The notes under the pieces were generated by a model, which saw only the letters and a list, made by a program, of their open reading frames with translations, ran no database searches and was not told the DNA's origin. Of a DNA stretch of 61,875 bases, positions 34,997 through 44,648 are shown in pieces. The position numbers were made by a program, and so were the translations under genes. Numbering within the stretch: position 1 is the first letter of the stretch; each line of letters opens with the position of its first letter. Origin of the DNA: a virus (lineage: Duplodnaviria; Caudoviricetes); the IMG/VR virus record IMGVR_UViG_3300005827_000088, positions 1 to 61,875 of that record, one strand, 5' to 3'.

Positions 34997-35524
34997 CTAT
35001 TTCGTCATCTGCCGATGGGCGAACCACCAGCCGCCGGAGAGTTCCGCCATGAAGATCACGGACTTGACGCAGGTCAGGGCGAGCTTCCCGTCCTTGGCCG
35101 CGTCGGCGATGCCCTGGAAGCCGAAGTAAATCACGAACGCGAAGCTGATCAGGGTCAGAACCACGCGCACCTGACCTTTGACGAACTCACCGATGACGAA
35201 CATGTTCGCCACAGACGTGCTGACCTTCTCAGCGATCCCAGCCGGGATGTCCACGCGGGCGTTGACCTGGCTCGCGGTGAACGCATCAGCGGCACCCTGC
35301 TCGATCGCAGTGATTGCGCGGGCCTGCTCGAGCTTCACGGCAGAGTCAGCCTCGGCGAGAAGCATCTCGCGGTCCTTGTCGCGCATCAAACGTTCATGCT
35401 CCTGGTCCGCCTTCTTCTCCTTGAGCTTCAGGAATCCAGTCACCACGCCGCCGATTGCACCGAGCAGGCCGCCGCTCAGGACGTTCGCGCCACCAGTGAG
35501 AAAAGTCGTCAACCACTCCATCAC
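34997..35524 (-). CDS. holin-like membrane protein
   Basis: N-terminal GGLLGAIGG TM segment, coil, two C-terminal TM segments, WWF..R end; adjacent to DUF5675. Confidence 0.6.
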   Translation of the reverse strand: MMEWLTTFLTGGANVLSGGLLGAIGGVVTGFLKLKEKKADQEHERLMRDKDREMLLAEADSAVKLEQARAITAIEQGAADAFTASQVNARVDIPAGIAEKVSTSVANMFVIGEFVKGQVRVVLTLISFAFVIYFGFQGIADAAKDGKLALTCVKSVIFMAELSGGWWFAHRQMTK

Positions 35525-35916
35525 ACCACCTCCAGAGTAAAGGGCTCACGCCCCATGAGGGCCATAAAATTCCTGACCGCCGTCACGCTCTGGAACACGG
35601 CACGTTCACCCTTCATCCATCCACGCATCAAGCCGAGCATGATGCAGCCCTGGACGTGGGCAACGATGTTCCCAGAGTGGATGAGGATGAACGAACGATC
35701 CGGGACGTCATGCAGCCAGTAGGTGATCCCCAAGTGGGGGCTACGGCGCAGGATGGCATGGTATGTCCCCGGCTTGGGAATACATGAAACCCCGGTCTTG
35801 TTGTCCAGCCAAGGCCGCTCAAGCGTGAAGAAAGTCTGCCCCTGCGGTAGATAGAATCTCCCGGTCGTGCAATGACCGTCATCAAGCTCTCTGGCGTGGC
35901 GGACTACCATGTTCAC
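35521..35916 (-). CDS. DUF5675-family protein (putative endolysin)
   Basis: FTLERPWLDN..SCIP.GTY..ILIHSGN..QGCIMLG; GTG at 35916 overlaps the upstream stop (alternative ATG at 35910). Confidence 0.75.
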   Translation of the reverse strand: MNMVVRHARELDDGHCTTGRFYLPQGQTFFTLERPWLDNKTGVSCIPKPGTYHAILRRSPHLGITYWLHDVPDRSFILIHSGNIVAHVQGCIMLGLMRGWMKGERAVFQSVTAVRNFMALMGREPFTLEVV

Positions 35917-36275
35917 CCCATGAACCACTTCATCGCCGCCGTCGCCAGGACGGATGCGATCGCGGCAACAATAACAAGCGCTCCCTCGCGCTTCCACACG
36001 ACTTTTGCCAGTTGCGAATTGCTTTCGCGCTGCCGGCGCAACTCCTCCCACTGGGATGTGTCACTCTGCTGGAGTGCGACGATCTCGGCGCCACGCTTCC
36101 CGCACAGTTCGCGCCGCTCGCTCTGGCTCTCCATGACCTGGTCCATCTTTCTGGCAGATGTTTCGTTCTGCTCCTTCAGGGCCTCGGCGATGTTGGCGAG
36201 CTTCTCGTTCAGGTTCGCTAGACCCTGGCGGATCATCTCCTGGAAGATGTCATGGGACGCGCACTGAGGGGGCAT
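35913..36275 (-). CDS. coiled-coil protein with C-terminal TM helix (lysis cassette)
   Basis: Coil followed by ALVIVAAIASVLATAAMKWF. Confidence 0.6.
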   Translation of the reverse strand: MPPQCASHDIFQEMIRQGLANLNEKLANIAEALKEQNETSARKMDQVMESQSERRELCGKRGAEIVALQQSDTSQWEELRRQRESNSQLAKVVWKREGALVIVAAIASVLATAAMKWFMG

Positions 36276-36347
36276 GTCTACCTACCGGGCGACTATGTTA
36301 ATTGTATTGTTACAGAGCCTTGACGCCACTGATCCATCACCTCTTTG

Positions 36348-36701
36348 TCATTCGCGCAAGCTGTAATAGACGATGGCAGATCTCTGAGCGACTGGCAGGC
36401 CGTCCACATAGGTTGTGTTATCGGGCCACCCGTAGGTGCCCTTGAGCAGGGCCAGTGCTTCCTCCTGCGTCTTGGGTACTCCACCCGTGGGCGCAGTTTC
36501 GCACCACACCAGCACAGACACGCCGGGGATTTCGGCCCATGCGGAGCATGGTGTATCCGGGTAGCCTGTGGTTGGGACGGGGTAGAAGCGCTCGTCGCCA
36601 TTCTCCGTGATGCAGTTGTGCAGCCCCTCTATGGAGGAGAGGGGACTTCCGGCAGCGTCTACATAGCCGTGGTTGACCAGTTGCAGTTCATAGGCTTGCA
36701 T
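36348..36701 (-). CDS. tail-module hypothetical protein
   Basis: GAGGGGA RBS; follows a tail beta-domain gene. Confidence 0.55.
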   Translation of the reverse strand: MQAYELQLVNHGYVDAAGSPLSSIEGLHNCITENGDERFYPVPTTGYPDTPCSAWAEIPGVSVLVWCETAPTGGVPKTQEEALALLKGTYGWPDNTTYVDGLPVAQRSAIVYYSLRE

Positions 36702-36710
36702 GTTCCCCTC

Positions 36711-37439
36711 CTACAGCACAGGCAGCGCGAGAGCTTTCTTGCTCAATATAACGCGTCCGATGTCGAAGTTCGCGCTGGCGCTTGAGGTGCTGCGGCCAAC
36801 GATCTCGCGGTTGCCCCAGGACGAGTTGACCTTGACGCTTGTGACCAGGATGCGGTTATCAACCGGGACATCAGCGTAGGAAGTCGGGAGAGTGGCACTT
36901 TCCGTGAGCATGAAGCACCCCAGCCCGTTTTTCCACGTCCACACGAGCCACGTCGCAACGGTGGCCGAAGCTGCCGTCTTGGGAATGACGCGATAGTTGG
37001 CCGAAACCTCCCCGGCCTCCGGGTTGGAATAGAAGCTGATCTTGCCGCCGGTCCACATGATGCACTCGAAGTGCGGGGCGGCGATAATGTTGTAGCTGTT
37101 GTCCTGCGCGAGGTTCTTCGCCAGGAGCGCGACCGTCCCCTCCGTGCCTTGGCACAGGGTGGCAAATGCGGTGGCCGTGGCGATGAAGCCATCGACATGC
37201 CCGTCAAGAGTACGGTAGCCGCCGGAGGCAGAACCTGGGGTGCCGAAGGCGGTCAGCACCAAGTCCGCCCCGGTGAGCCCGCCTCCGACTCCGGTCTCGT
37301 TTCCAGACGCGGCGGTGAACTCGCAGACAAAGGTGTCCGCGTCCGCCGTGGCTTCGGTAACAGGCAGAACCACGGGGAGGCCCACCAGGTGCGGATAGTG
37401 CATCCGCTCCAGGCCCAAATCATTGATATCCTGTATCAT
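36711..37439 (-). CDS. tail/receptor-binding protein, possible LamG-like beta sandwich
   Basis: Start MIQDIN at 37439; Thr/Ala/Gly-rich; WLVWTWKNG. Confidence 0.5.
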   Translation of the reverse strand: MIQDINDLGLERMHYPHLVGLPVVLPVTEATADADTFVCEFTAASGNETGVGGGLTGADLVLTAFGTPGSASGGYRTLDGHVDGFIATATAFATLCQGTEGTVALLAKNLAQDNSYNIIAAPHFECIMWTGGKISFYSNPEAGEVSANYRVIPKTAASATVATWLVWTWKNGLGCFMLTESATLPTSYADVPVDNRILVTSVKVNSSWGNREIVGRSTSSASANFDIGRVILSKKALALPVL

Positions 37440-37446
37440 GGTGCAC

Positions 37447-37773
37447 CTACGCCAAGGTAAAGTCGTCGTCGCCGTTCGCGGTGAAGGACACGTTGGCGGT
37501 GCTGGTCTTGACCCTGATCTTGTTCGTGCCGACCACGTTCTGGTTGAGCGGCAACACGATGGTCTGGCCCACGGCGACGGCACGGGGGTATGCCAATCGG
37601 GCCAGTTTGGTATTGCTGACGTTGGTCAGCGTCACCTCGATATCCGAGGCGGCTGCGGTATCATTGCAAATGACCACGTTCTTGATGAGCGCTGTCTGCG
37701 CGGTGGTGCCGACAAACAGGTCGGTTTCAGTAGCGGCACTGACGGTGGACAGGGTAGTTGCGATAAGAGCCAT
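37447..37773 (-). CDS. small virion structural protein
   Basis: AGGAGG RBS; Thr/Val beta-rich (IKNVVICN). Confidence 0.6.
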   Translation of the reverse strand: MALIATTLSTVSAATETDLFVGTTAQTALIKNVVICNDTAAASDIEVTLTNVSNTKLARLAYPRAVAVGQTIVLPLNQNVVGTNKIRVKTSTANVSFTANGDDDFTLA

Positions 37774-37787
37774 GATGTTCCTCCTAG

Positions 37788-38630
37788 TTATGCAAAGTAG
37801 TAGGCGCTGGCGAGACCGCCTCCGGGAAGATTTGTGAGCAGGCTTCCGTCAACGGCCGGCAGCTTTGCATTGCTGGTTAGCTTCACGACCTTGTTCGCCG
37901 TGGTTCCAGAGTCTACGGAGAGTGAAAAAACCTCATTCCCGCCAGGACTGGTCGTGGCCGTTAGGAGACCACTGTTTGACGCAACCCCAATCGCGTCGCT
38001 CAAATATTTACCAGTGGTGTCATCCGCACTGACCTTGACCTGATTACTGTTGGCACCATATTTCGGTGCCGACGTCGGATCTTGGCCGTACTCGATCGCC
38101 GCCAGGCCTGAGTCGATGGTAAGACCCTCGACGACAACGGTTGTGAGTCCAGTGCCTCCGCTGTACGAAGAGGAGACGACAAAGCCCTGTGCGGTCGACG
38201 TCTGGATGGCATTGACCGAGCGATACTGGACGTAGCGTGCGGTCTGGTCGCCGGCGACGGTGAACTCGGTATTGCTCACCCTGGCCACGGCCGCGCTCTC
38301 GCGCGACCAGTAGCTCGACTGCAGGAACTCGATGTCAGCTGCGGTGAGGCGGAGTTCGAAGCGATCTCCGGCAGCAAACGCGCGGATTGTCGTCCCCTCC
38401 TGGCCTCTGACGACAGTCAGACTGTCGGTCGACCTGGCCGTGACCTTGACGATCTCAGACTGGCCGGAGGAGTTGATGATGACGCCGTGGAAGTAGTCCC
38501 CGGTGTATGGTAGGGCTGGGAATAGGGCACCAGTACCGGCGCTCAGGGAGACCGTGGTGTCCCCGGAAGTCCCACCAAGGGACCCTCCGAGAATCGTTGC
38601 GGCCAGGTTTGTCGTCAGCAGTCTCGCCAT
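37788..38630 (-). CDS. tail fibre protein
   Basis: N-terminal EIVKVTARSTDSLTVVRGQEGT..FAAGDRFELRLTA anchor; KLPAVDGSLLT motif. Confidence 0.7.
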   Translation of the reverse strand: MARLLTTNLAATILGGSLGGTSGDTTVSLSAGTGALFPALPYTGDYFHGVIINSSGQSEIVKVTARSTDSLTVVRGQEGTTIRAFAAGDRFELRLTAADIEFLQSSYWSRESAAVARVSNTEFTVAGDQTARYVQYRSVNAIQTSTAQGFVVSSSYSGGTGLTTVVVEGLTIDSGLAAIEYGQDPTSAPKYGANSNQVKVSADDTTGKYLSDAIGVASNSGLLTATTSPGGNEVFSLSVDSGTTANKVVKLTSNAKLPAVDGSLLTNLPGGGLASAYYFA

Positions 38631-38642
38631 GTTTCCTCCTGC

Positions 38643-39128
38643 CTAGAAGGCTCTGACCGAGATTGTGTTCGTCGGAGTCGGCTCAACCGCTTCATTGACG
38701 ACAATCATCGGATACGTAGGTTCTTCCAAAAAGTCAATAATGATGGCCGCACCCCAGATGATGGGGATAATACGAACACAGGAGGCGGACGACACGAAAT
38801 CAGACGAACCATCAAACCGCCAAATGGGGATGATCGCACCCTCCGCTCCACACTGGATGGCTGCTACCCCATCGAAGTGCTCGATGCCTCCCAGGCGCAG
38901 CGCGACTGCATCCATTTCCATGTCCGAAGAACCGGACAACAAGACTGTCGGGACTAGGGCGGCCGCGGCCGTGAACTCTGCGGAGGCATCTCCAGACAGC
39001 GGAACCGTGCTGAAGAACGCTCCAGCGCACGATGCCAGGAGATCAGACGAACCGAGGCCCAGGCAGACAGTGATGTCCCCCGCGATGGTCGTCTGACCTA
39101 CCTTGAGTGCACCGAGCGAACTGTTCAT
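38643..39128 (-). CDS. virion structural protein
   Basis: Ala/Ser/Gly repeats; lies in the tail block. Confidence 0.55.
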   Translation of the reverse strand: MNSSLGALKVGQTTIAGDITVCLGLGSSDLLASCAGAFFSTVPLSGDASAEFTAAAALVPTVLLSGSSDMEMDAVALRLGGIEHFDGVAAIQCGAEGAIIPIWRFDGSSDFVSSASCVRIIPIIWGAAIIIDFLEEPTYPMIVVNEAVEPTPTNTISVRAF

Positions 39129-39131
39129 CGG

Positions 39132-39524
39132 CTACACCAGGGTCAAGGACTCTTCGCCGGCGCGCACCTGCGCGCTCATCCCCGCAGTGACAGCCTTCGG
39201 AGTTGTGAACGACCCGTAAGCGATGACGTTGTTCCCGGACACCCCGGAGCAGATCGCGAAGTGCGAAACAGTCCCCCAGTCGCTCTCAGCCAGGTCGAAG
39301 TCGACGGTCGCGGCTGTCACGGCTTCTCCGGCCGAGGCTGGGTCGAACGTGACGACCTTGCGCGCGTACCCGGTCCCGGAGACCTCATTCGTCAGCGTGC
39401 CGTCGAGAGACACCTGCACGCCGGTCGACAGGGCCATATAGAGCGTCGCCGGGGGAGTGTAGGGAGTGTTCCCAGTGATGTGGTCGAGGATCGCCGAAGC
39501 GATCGCTACGGTAAGTGCTGCCAT
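39132..39524 (-). CDS. virion structural protein (fibre-associated)
   Basis: ILDHITG..YTPPATLYMAL..EVSGTGYAR..WGTVSHFAI pattern. Confidence 0.7.
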   Translation of the reverse strand: MAALTVAIASAILDHITGNTPYTPPATLYMALSTGVQVSLDGTLTNEVSGTGYARKVVTFDPASAGEAVTAATVDFDLAESDWGTVSHFAICSGVSGNNVIAYGSFTTPKAVTAGMSAQVRAGEESLTLV

Positions 39525-39527
39525 GGT

Positions 39528-40202
39528 TTATCTCCTCCCGCTGAGTGGGATCTTCACGCTCATCGACCTGCCTGTCGCGCTCTTGTTCACGCGCGAGCGG
39601 CTCGCTGTCACGCCATCGTTGTAGATCTTCAGGAAATATGAGGGGTCACCGCTCCACGGCTGCTTGGGCATCGTCATCAGCCTGACCTTGGCCCCAGCAC
39701 CGATGATCAGCCCCCAGCTGTCGAGCATGAACTTTGGAGCCTCGGTGGCCGTTACGCTCGGGAACACAGCGACCTCAACGCGCAGCGCGTCGGCCTGATC
39801 TCCGTCGGCAACCGCCGGGTAGGGTATCAGCTGGATGACACCAGGCTCCTTCGAGATGAACGCATTCGGGGCCAGTCCCGTCTCGTTGCGCCAGTTCGGC
39901 CTGGTGGCGTTCAGGATATCCACGGTCGTCGCCTTGACCTCCCTCGGAGAGAGGGTCGTGTCAGGGCGATACTCGACGTAGAGGATTCCGCACATGTCCG
40001 TGTTGTCCGGCATGCTGAAACCGTAGGTCGACTGGCCTGCGAGCAGGTCCGTCCATTCGCTCGTGCGAGTCCACAGGTAGGTGCGCTGGCAAAAGTCACG
40101 CAGGGTGTCGATGATCGCGACCTTGACCGTGTCCAGGGGAGCCTTCGGCACATCGCTCTGGACGAACTTGCAGAACTCCCTGATGTCAACCATTGTTGCC
40201 AT
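39528..40202 (-). CDS. head-tail adaptor protein
   Basis: DFCQRTYLW, IQLIPYP, GAKVRLMTMPKQPWS; position after the capsid genes. Confidence 0.65.
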   Translation of the reverse strand: MATMVDIREFCKFVQSDVPKAPLDTVKVAIIDTLRDFCQRTYLWTRTSEWTDLLAGQSTYGFSMPDNTDMCGILYVEYRPDTTLSPREVKATTVDILNATRPNWRNETGLAPNAFISKEPGVIQLIPYPAVADGDQADALRVEVAVFPSVTATEAPKFMLDSWGLIIGAGAKVRLMTMPKQPWSGDPSYFLKIYNDGVTASRSRVNKSATGRSMSVKIPLSGRR

Positions 40203-40205
40203 GGC

Positions 40206-40868
40206 CTACCCCACCACGTTCTGAGGATTGTTTGGACTCAGCATCATCGCAGCCTTCTCCTTCTCCCCCAGCATCGCATAGAAATAGCCCAGGTGCGTCT
40301 GCGCTGCCTGGCGGTCTGCTTCAGACGCGTGATTGACGTTGAGGCACCTGTACATGTGGTACTCCAGGACAGGCCCCTGATAGACGTCCATGATCTCAAG
40401 GTCGTCGGTCAAGGCAGAAACGGCTCCGGGTGTCTTGGAATAGCAAATCTCGACGTAGACCTTGGTCGACGCATGCACGGGTGGTGTCACGTAGAAGATG
40501 GTCGGAGATCTGTCGTCGTAGGTATAGTTGTCGATGACCGTCGACCCGGCCGCGGAGTGCCAGCTGGCGTTGGCGGTGTCGAGGGTCTGCCTGTCCGCAA
40601 CAGTGATGGCGTAGCCGGGTGTGGTCCCGTTCGCGCCCATGTTGCGGACGATGTCGATGAGGGCGCATGCGTCAGCTGGCAGTGCCTGTCGCGTACTGGA
40701 TGCCGTAAGCTGGAGCGACTCGGTCACCGCGTTTGCCCTGGGCTGGATGATAACGCACTGACGCAAGGCCTCGGTCAGGTAGGTGTAATGATCGGCCAGC
40801 GACCACCTGACGTAGCCTACGTCGTTCAGCTGCTTGGCTGCTGCGATGATGATGTCGCTGGCGATCAT
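40206..40868 (-). CDS. adaptor / tail tubular protein A-like (DUF6682-like)
   Basis: QLND..VRWS..QALPAD..LIDIVRN..FYVTPP. Confidence 0.65.
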   Translation of the reverse strand: MIASDIIIAAAKQLNDVGYVRWSLADHYTYLTEALRQCVIIQPRANAVTESLQLTASSTRQALPADACALIDIVRNMGANGTTPGYAITVADRQTLDTANASWHSAAGSTVIDNYTYDDRSPTIFYVTPPVHASTKVYVEICYSKTPGAVSALTDDLEIMDVYQGPVLEYHMYRCLNVNHASEADRQAAQTHLGYFYAMLGEKEKAAMMLSPNNPQNVVG

Positions 40869-40877
40869 TTACGCCCC

Positions 40878-41351
40878 CTACGCCTTCTTGGCGCGAGCAA
40901 GCTGGATGTAGGCCTCCACAAGCTGGAGCTTGGAAAGGCCGGCGGGGACCTTGGCTCCGTCGAAGTCGGTCTTGATGGCATGACGGATCTCGGTCGCCTT
41001 CAAGGCCGACAGCGTGGACTGGATCATGAGAACAAACGCCTCGTCGTCGGCAGATGCATCATGGCCAGCCGGAGGAGCATCCTGGGCGGCAGGGGGTGCC
41101 GGAGTCTCATCCTGGCCGGAAGGGGGCGCAGGAGGGTCATCCTGGCCGGCGGGCGGGACGAACGGGGGGGCGTCAACGATCCCGGTCAACGGGAGTTCGA
41201 CCTTTTCGGGCTGCGGAGGCGGAGGAGCCGCCTTGCCCAGCTTCACGCCCTTGGCGTCGCATTCGACCATGTCTTTGCGGAGTGCCAGCGCTGGCGTCCA
41301 GATGTGAACGTAACGAGGACTCTCACCTTCTTTGTACAGATACCTTGACAT
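40878..41351 (-). CDS. hypothetical protein (Pro-rich linker, C-terminal helical domain)
   Basis: Start MSRYLY at 41351 after AAGGAG. Confidence 0.6.
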   Translation of the reverse strand: MSRYLYKEGESPRYVHIWTPALALRKDMVECDAKGVKLGKAAPPPPQPEKVELPLTGIVDAPPFVPPAGQDDPPAPPSGQDETPAPPAAQDAPPAGHDASADDEAFVLMIQSTLSALKATEIRHAIKTDFDGAKVPAGLSKLQLVEAYIQLARAKKA

Positions 41352-41418
41352 CTCTCGCGCTCCTTCTTTTTGAGGGGGAGGGGGGACATCCCCCCTCCCA
41401 TGGTTTCGGTGCCGCCTG

Positions 41419-41895
41419 CTAGGCCACGTAGTCGTGGACCGAGAGATCCACACAGAGCAGGGCCAGGGTGAACACGGCCACGCCGCTGTCGGCGGAGTTG
41501 AAGTAGATGTCCACGGTGTCGGCCGTGGTCACCAGCTTGCCCAGCATGAAGTTGACGCCGTACCCGAGGGTGTGGGCGGTGCTCACGCTGGTGCTGGTGC
41601 TGTTCAGGTTGAGGTCGTTCAGGAAACCATCGGCGTCGTCGCCGGTGATGCCCAGGTCGATGGTGCAGGCCGCACCCTCAGCGACGTGCACCTTGCCGTG
41701 CGCGGTCAGGACGAGGGTGTTGGCCGGGATGCTGAAGGCCTTCATGATGTCGCCGGCAGCGAAGTCGGTGCCGGAGTTCAGGCTGGCCTTCAGTTCGGCC
41801 AGGTCGAAGGTCTTGTACAGGCGGTACATGCCGGAGCCGAGGCTCTGGCTCAGGGCGCCGGTTCCACCAGTGGTGGCGTCAACGGTAACGGTCAT
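41419..41895 (-). CDS. capsid decoration / minor capsid protein
   Basis: Directly follows the major capsid gene with the same highly biased codons; IPANTLV..IDLG..DADGF pattern. Confidence 0.7.
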   Translation of the reverse strand: MTVTVDATTGGTGALSQSLGSGMYRLYKTFDLAELKASLNSGTDFAAGDIMKAFSIPANTLVLTAHGKVHVAEGAACTIDLGITGDDADGFLNDLNLNSTSTSVSTAHTLGYGVNFMLGKLVTTADTVDIYFNSADSGVAVFTLALLCVDLSVHDYVA

Positions 41896-41907
41896 GGCGG
41901 TATCCTC

Positions 41908-42825
41908 CTAGCCCTTCTTGGCGTACAGGACGGCCAAGGCTTCGGGCTTGATGACTTCGAAGCCGTAGACCTGCAGGCCGCGCACGATGTCGCCGAAGTC
42001 GTTGGGGTTGCGCAGGGTCTCCATCTTCGTCATCTGGGTGGCGAAGGTGATCGCGGCCTTGTGGCCGGCCAGGATGTGGTAGCAAGCCACGGTGTCGAGC
42101 ACCGAGGTGTAGTTGTTGCTCACGTAGATCGTGAACTTGTCGATCATGCCCAAGCGCCCGTTGCGCAGGGTCGAGGTGCCGTCGCCGGTCAGGCTGGCGT
42201 CCTTGATGTCGGACTTCTTGAGCAGGTTGGCCGCCCAGGTCGGGAGCACGATCCAGCGACCCTCTTCCGGGACGTTCTGCTCGGAGAGCACGCTGCCCAG
42301 GTCGATGATCTTGTCCAGGATGGTGTCCTTGGTCAGGGCGATGGGGGTGTTCGTCACGCCCAGGTTGTACGAGGCGGACTCGGCGCCGGCGGTCGCGCCC
42401 TTGTTGGCCGCGGCAACGTCGGCATACACGGTGGACAGGACGGACTTGTCCACGGTGATCTTCAGCTGCTCGGAGGCGTCCTTGGACCAGGTGTCGATGA
42501 GCTTGATGTCGCTCTGGATCTTGTCGATGTCGTTGGCCGCGAAGGCAAAGTACTTGCCCTTGTCGATCAGGAGCTCGACGTTCGCGGACTCGGGCTGCTC
42601 GACCTGCAGATTCTGGCCCTTCACGTAGTCGCGAATGGTCAGGGTCGGCACGGTGCGGATGATGACCTTGTCGCCCATCTCCTTGATCTCACCTTCGTAG
42701 TCGGTGTTGGAGATGGCGCCGAAAACGGTCGAGGAGTAGAACTTGACCTGGAGCTTAGTGCTCCAAATCTCGGGGATGAAGGTCCCGGAGTAGCTCGGGG
42801 ACCCGGCGGCAACTGCAAAAGCCAT
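41908..42825 (-). CDS. major capsid protein
   Basis: FIPEIWS.KL, DYEGEIKEMGDKVII, NGRLGMIDKFTIYVSN, FGDIVRGLQVYG; strong codon bias; follows the scaffold. Confidence 0.9.
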   Translation of the reverse strand: MAFAVAAGSPSYSGTFIPEIWSTKLQVKFYSSTVFGAISNTDYEGEIKEMGDKVIIRTVPTLTIRDYVKGQNLQVEQPESANVELLIDKGKYFAFAANDIDKIQSDIKLIDTWSKDASEQLKITVDKSVLSTVYADVAAANKGATAGAESASYNLGVTNTPIALTKDTILDKIIDLGSVLSEQNVPEEGRWIVLPTWAANLLKKSDIKDASLTGDGTSTLRNGRLGMIDKFTIYVSNNYTSVLDTVACYHILAGHKAAITFATQMTKMETLRNPNDFGDIVRGLQVYGFEVIKPEALAVLYAKKG

Positions 42826-42847
42826 AGTTCCTCCGGCTCACGCGTCC

Positions 42848-43843
42848 CTATTTCTTGGGGAACAGCGCGGCGTGTATGGCAGCCTCTTTCGCCCTGTACT
42901 CCTCCGGCCTGTCATTCCAATCTCCGCGCGCGGCTTCGTTCTGCAGCTTCACCCAGTCTTTCAGGGTGTACTGCGGAGGAGCCGCAAGCGGAGCCGCACC
43001 GCCGCGCGAAGCGGGGGCCGGCGTGGGAGCGCGGCGACCGGAGGCCGGGGCCTGGCCGGGCGCCTGATGACTGGACGGATTCAACAGGAAAAGATGCTTC
43101 CGATATTCCTTGAAGATCGCGGCCACACGGGCTGCGTCTCGGGCCTGATACGCTTCGGTGAGGGAAGTCTGCCACGGCAGGCCAGTGCCGGGAGAGAGCG
43201 AGGTGAGCCACTGGATGAACCCAGGGTCAGCATCCTGGGCGCGCCAGTTGGGCACGTCCTGGTCCATGAACCTGAAGAACTCCGACTCGGCGTTCTTGCG
43301 AACATCCTGCTCCATCTGGGCGATCTTGGGGAGGTGCGAACTGAGTTCCTGCAGTTTGTTCTGCAGCACCAGGTTCGACTTCGCCAAATCCATGATCTCC
43401 GGACCGAACTCGGCATACTTTTCAAGGCTTCCCTCGTCGAGCACCACGGGGTCTGGAGCGTCCGGCCGCTTCTGCTGCAAAGCGTCGACGCGCTCGCGCA
43501 GCTGGACAATGGACGCGGTGGCCTCCGTCAGGCTGGCCGTCAGGCGCCGGTTCTCTTCCCGGACCTCGGTCACATCCTTCCGGTACATGCCCTGCAGAAC
43601 GCGGTACTTGTGCTCGAAGTCCTCCGCCCCGGTGACCTCCTGGGCCTGGTCCTGCGACTGGTCCTGGACGGCATAGGGGTCGTGGTCTTCAGGAGCGGAA
43701 ATCTCTACGGCGTCGGCAACTTCAGGCTCGACGACGTCTTGCGGGTCGGCATCAGCAACGACATCTTCTCCCTGCTGCTCACCACTGAGCGCAAGGATCT
43801 TGGCGTTGATCGCTTCTTCCGCTGCTTGCAACTGGTCGTTCAT
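42848..43843 (-). CDS. capsid scaffolding protein
   Basis: Acidic N-terminus, FEHKYRVLQGMY, coil, VPNWR..DPGFIQWL; lies between portal and capsid. Confidence 0.8.
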   Translation of the reverse strand: MNDQLQAAEEAINAKILALSGEQQGEDVVADADPQDVVEPEVADAVEISAPEDHDPYAVQDQSQDQAQEVTGAEDFEHKYRVLQGMYRKDVTEVREENRRLTASLTEATASIVQLRERVDALQQKRPDAPDPVVLDEGSLEKYAEFGPEIMDLAKSNLVLQNKLQELSSHLPKIAQMEQDVRKNAESEFFRFMDQDVPNWRAQDADPGFIQWLTSLSPGTGLPWQTSLTEAYQARDAARVAAIFKEYRKHLFLLNPSSHQAPGQAPASGRRAPTPAPASRGGAAPLAAPPQYTLKDWVKLQNEAARGDWNDRPEEYRAKEAAIHAALFPKK

Positions 43844-43885
43844 CGTAAGGCTCCTTTGTCCGCCGGTCAGGGCTGGACCAAAAAG

Positions 43886-44086
43886 TTAGGTCGCGGTGAT
43901 GCTGGTCCCCGAAATGGCGACCTGCTTCCAGTTGGTGCCGTCGCTCACGGCCAGGCAAGGGCTGCCGGAAGCGCCGTTGCTCACATAGATCAGCGCGTTC
44001 TTGTTGTCCGCAGCCGGGGGCACGTTTGCCACCGTCATCTGCGAATCAAGCTGCACGACGCCGATACTCAGCTTCTCGTGTCTCAT
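43886..44086 (-). CDS. small virion protein (66 aa)
   Basis: Start MRHEKL at 44086; IYVSNG..LAVSDGTNWK fibre-like motif. Confidence 0.55.
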   Translation of the reverse strand: MRHEKLSIGVVQLDSQMTVANVPPAADNKNALIYVSNGASGSPCLAVSDGTNWKQVAISGTSITAT

Positions 44087-44087
44087 T

Positions 44088-44648
44088 TCAACATTCCTCC
44101 CCGAGCCAGGCCTTGTCGGGCCCGCCCAAGATGCGCTCAGTCTCACCGCCCATCGAGCGGACGACGTGGCGAAGTTGTGGTGCCCACTGCTCCCAGAACG
44201 GAATCACCTCGTCCGACATTCCGAACTTCTCCCAGGGTGCGCTGTAGAAGTACGAGGACTTGTCGTCCAACGGAATCCCCGCCAGGAGAATCCTCTTGAA
44301 ACCAAGAGACGAGAGCACACGCACGGCGAACATCGCTATGGTCCCCTTCGTCTCGATCGGCCAGAACTGCTGCCTCGCGACCATCGCGGGGATGAAACTA
44401 TGCCCGGGCGTGTGGATGGCCTCATACCCGGATCCGAGCAGTTCCATCGAAACCTCGCGCATGCCCGTGAAGGCTATGCCCTTCGAAATGTCAGTGATGA
44501 ACCAGTGGGCCAGGTCAGGCATGAAAATTCCAGCGACGTTCACCGCGCACAGACTCGCGTCGCGACCGCGCAGAAGCTCCCTGGCCGCGACCAGTTCGCT
44601 CCACATGCGCTCTCCGCCTCCGCATAGTATGGCGTACCTGTGCATCAC
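44088..44648 (-). CDS. DUF115/MptE-like (Maf or sialyltransferase-type fold) protein
   Basis: AILCGGG, LCAVN, AVRVLSSLGFKRILLAGIPL. Confidence 0.55.
   Translation of the reverse strand: MMHRYAILCGGGERMWSELVAARELLRGRDASLCAVNVAGIFMPDLAHWFITDISKGIAFTGMREVSMELLGSGYEAIHTPGHSFIPAMVARQQFWPIETKGTIAMFAVRVLSSLGFKRILLAGIPLDDKSSYFYSAPWEKFGMSDEVIPFWEQWAPQLRHVVRSMGGETERILGGPDKAWLGEEC

Noticed and set aside
36293-36345. 14-codon ORF or promoter in the AT-rich gap before the lysis cassette
   Set aside because: The RBS is too close to the ATG and the -35 is poor; only a TACAAT hexamer supports it.
36348-38630. Diversity-generating retroelement or invertible tail-fibre system
   Set aside because: No reverse transcriptase or invertase, and no template/variable repeat pair was seen.
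41376-41399. Strong G/C hairpin after the decoration gene as an intrinsic terminator
   Set aside because: No U tract on the coding strand; at most a stabilising or pausing hairpin.
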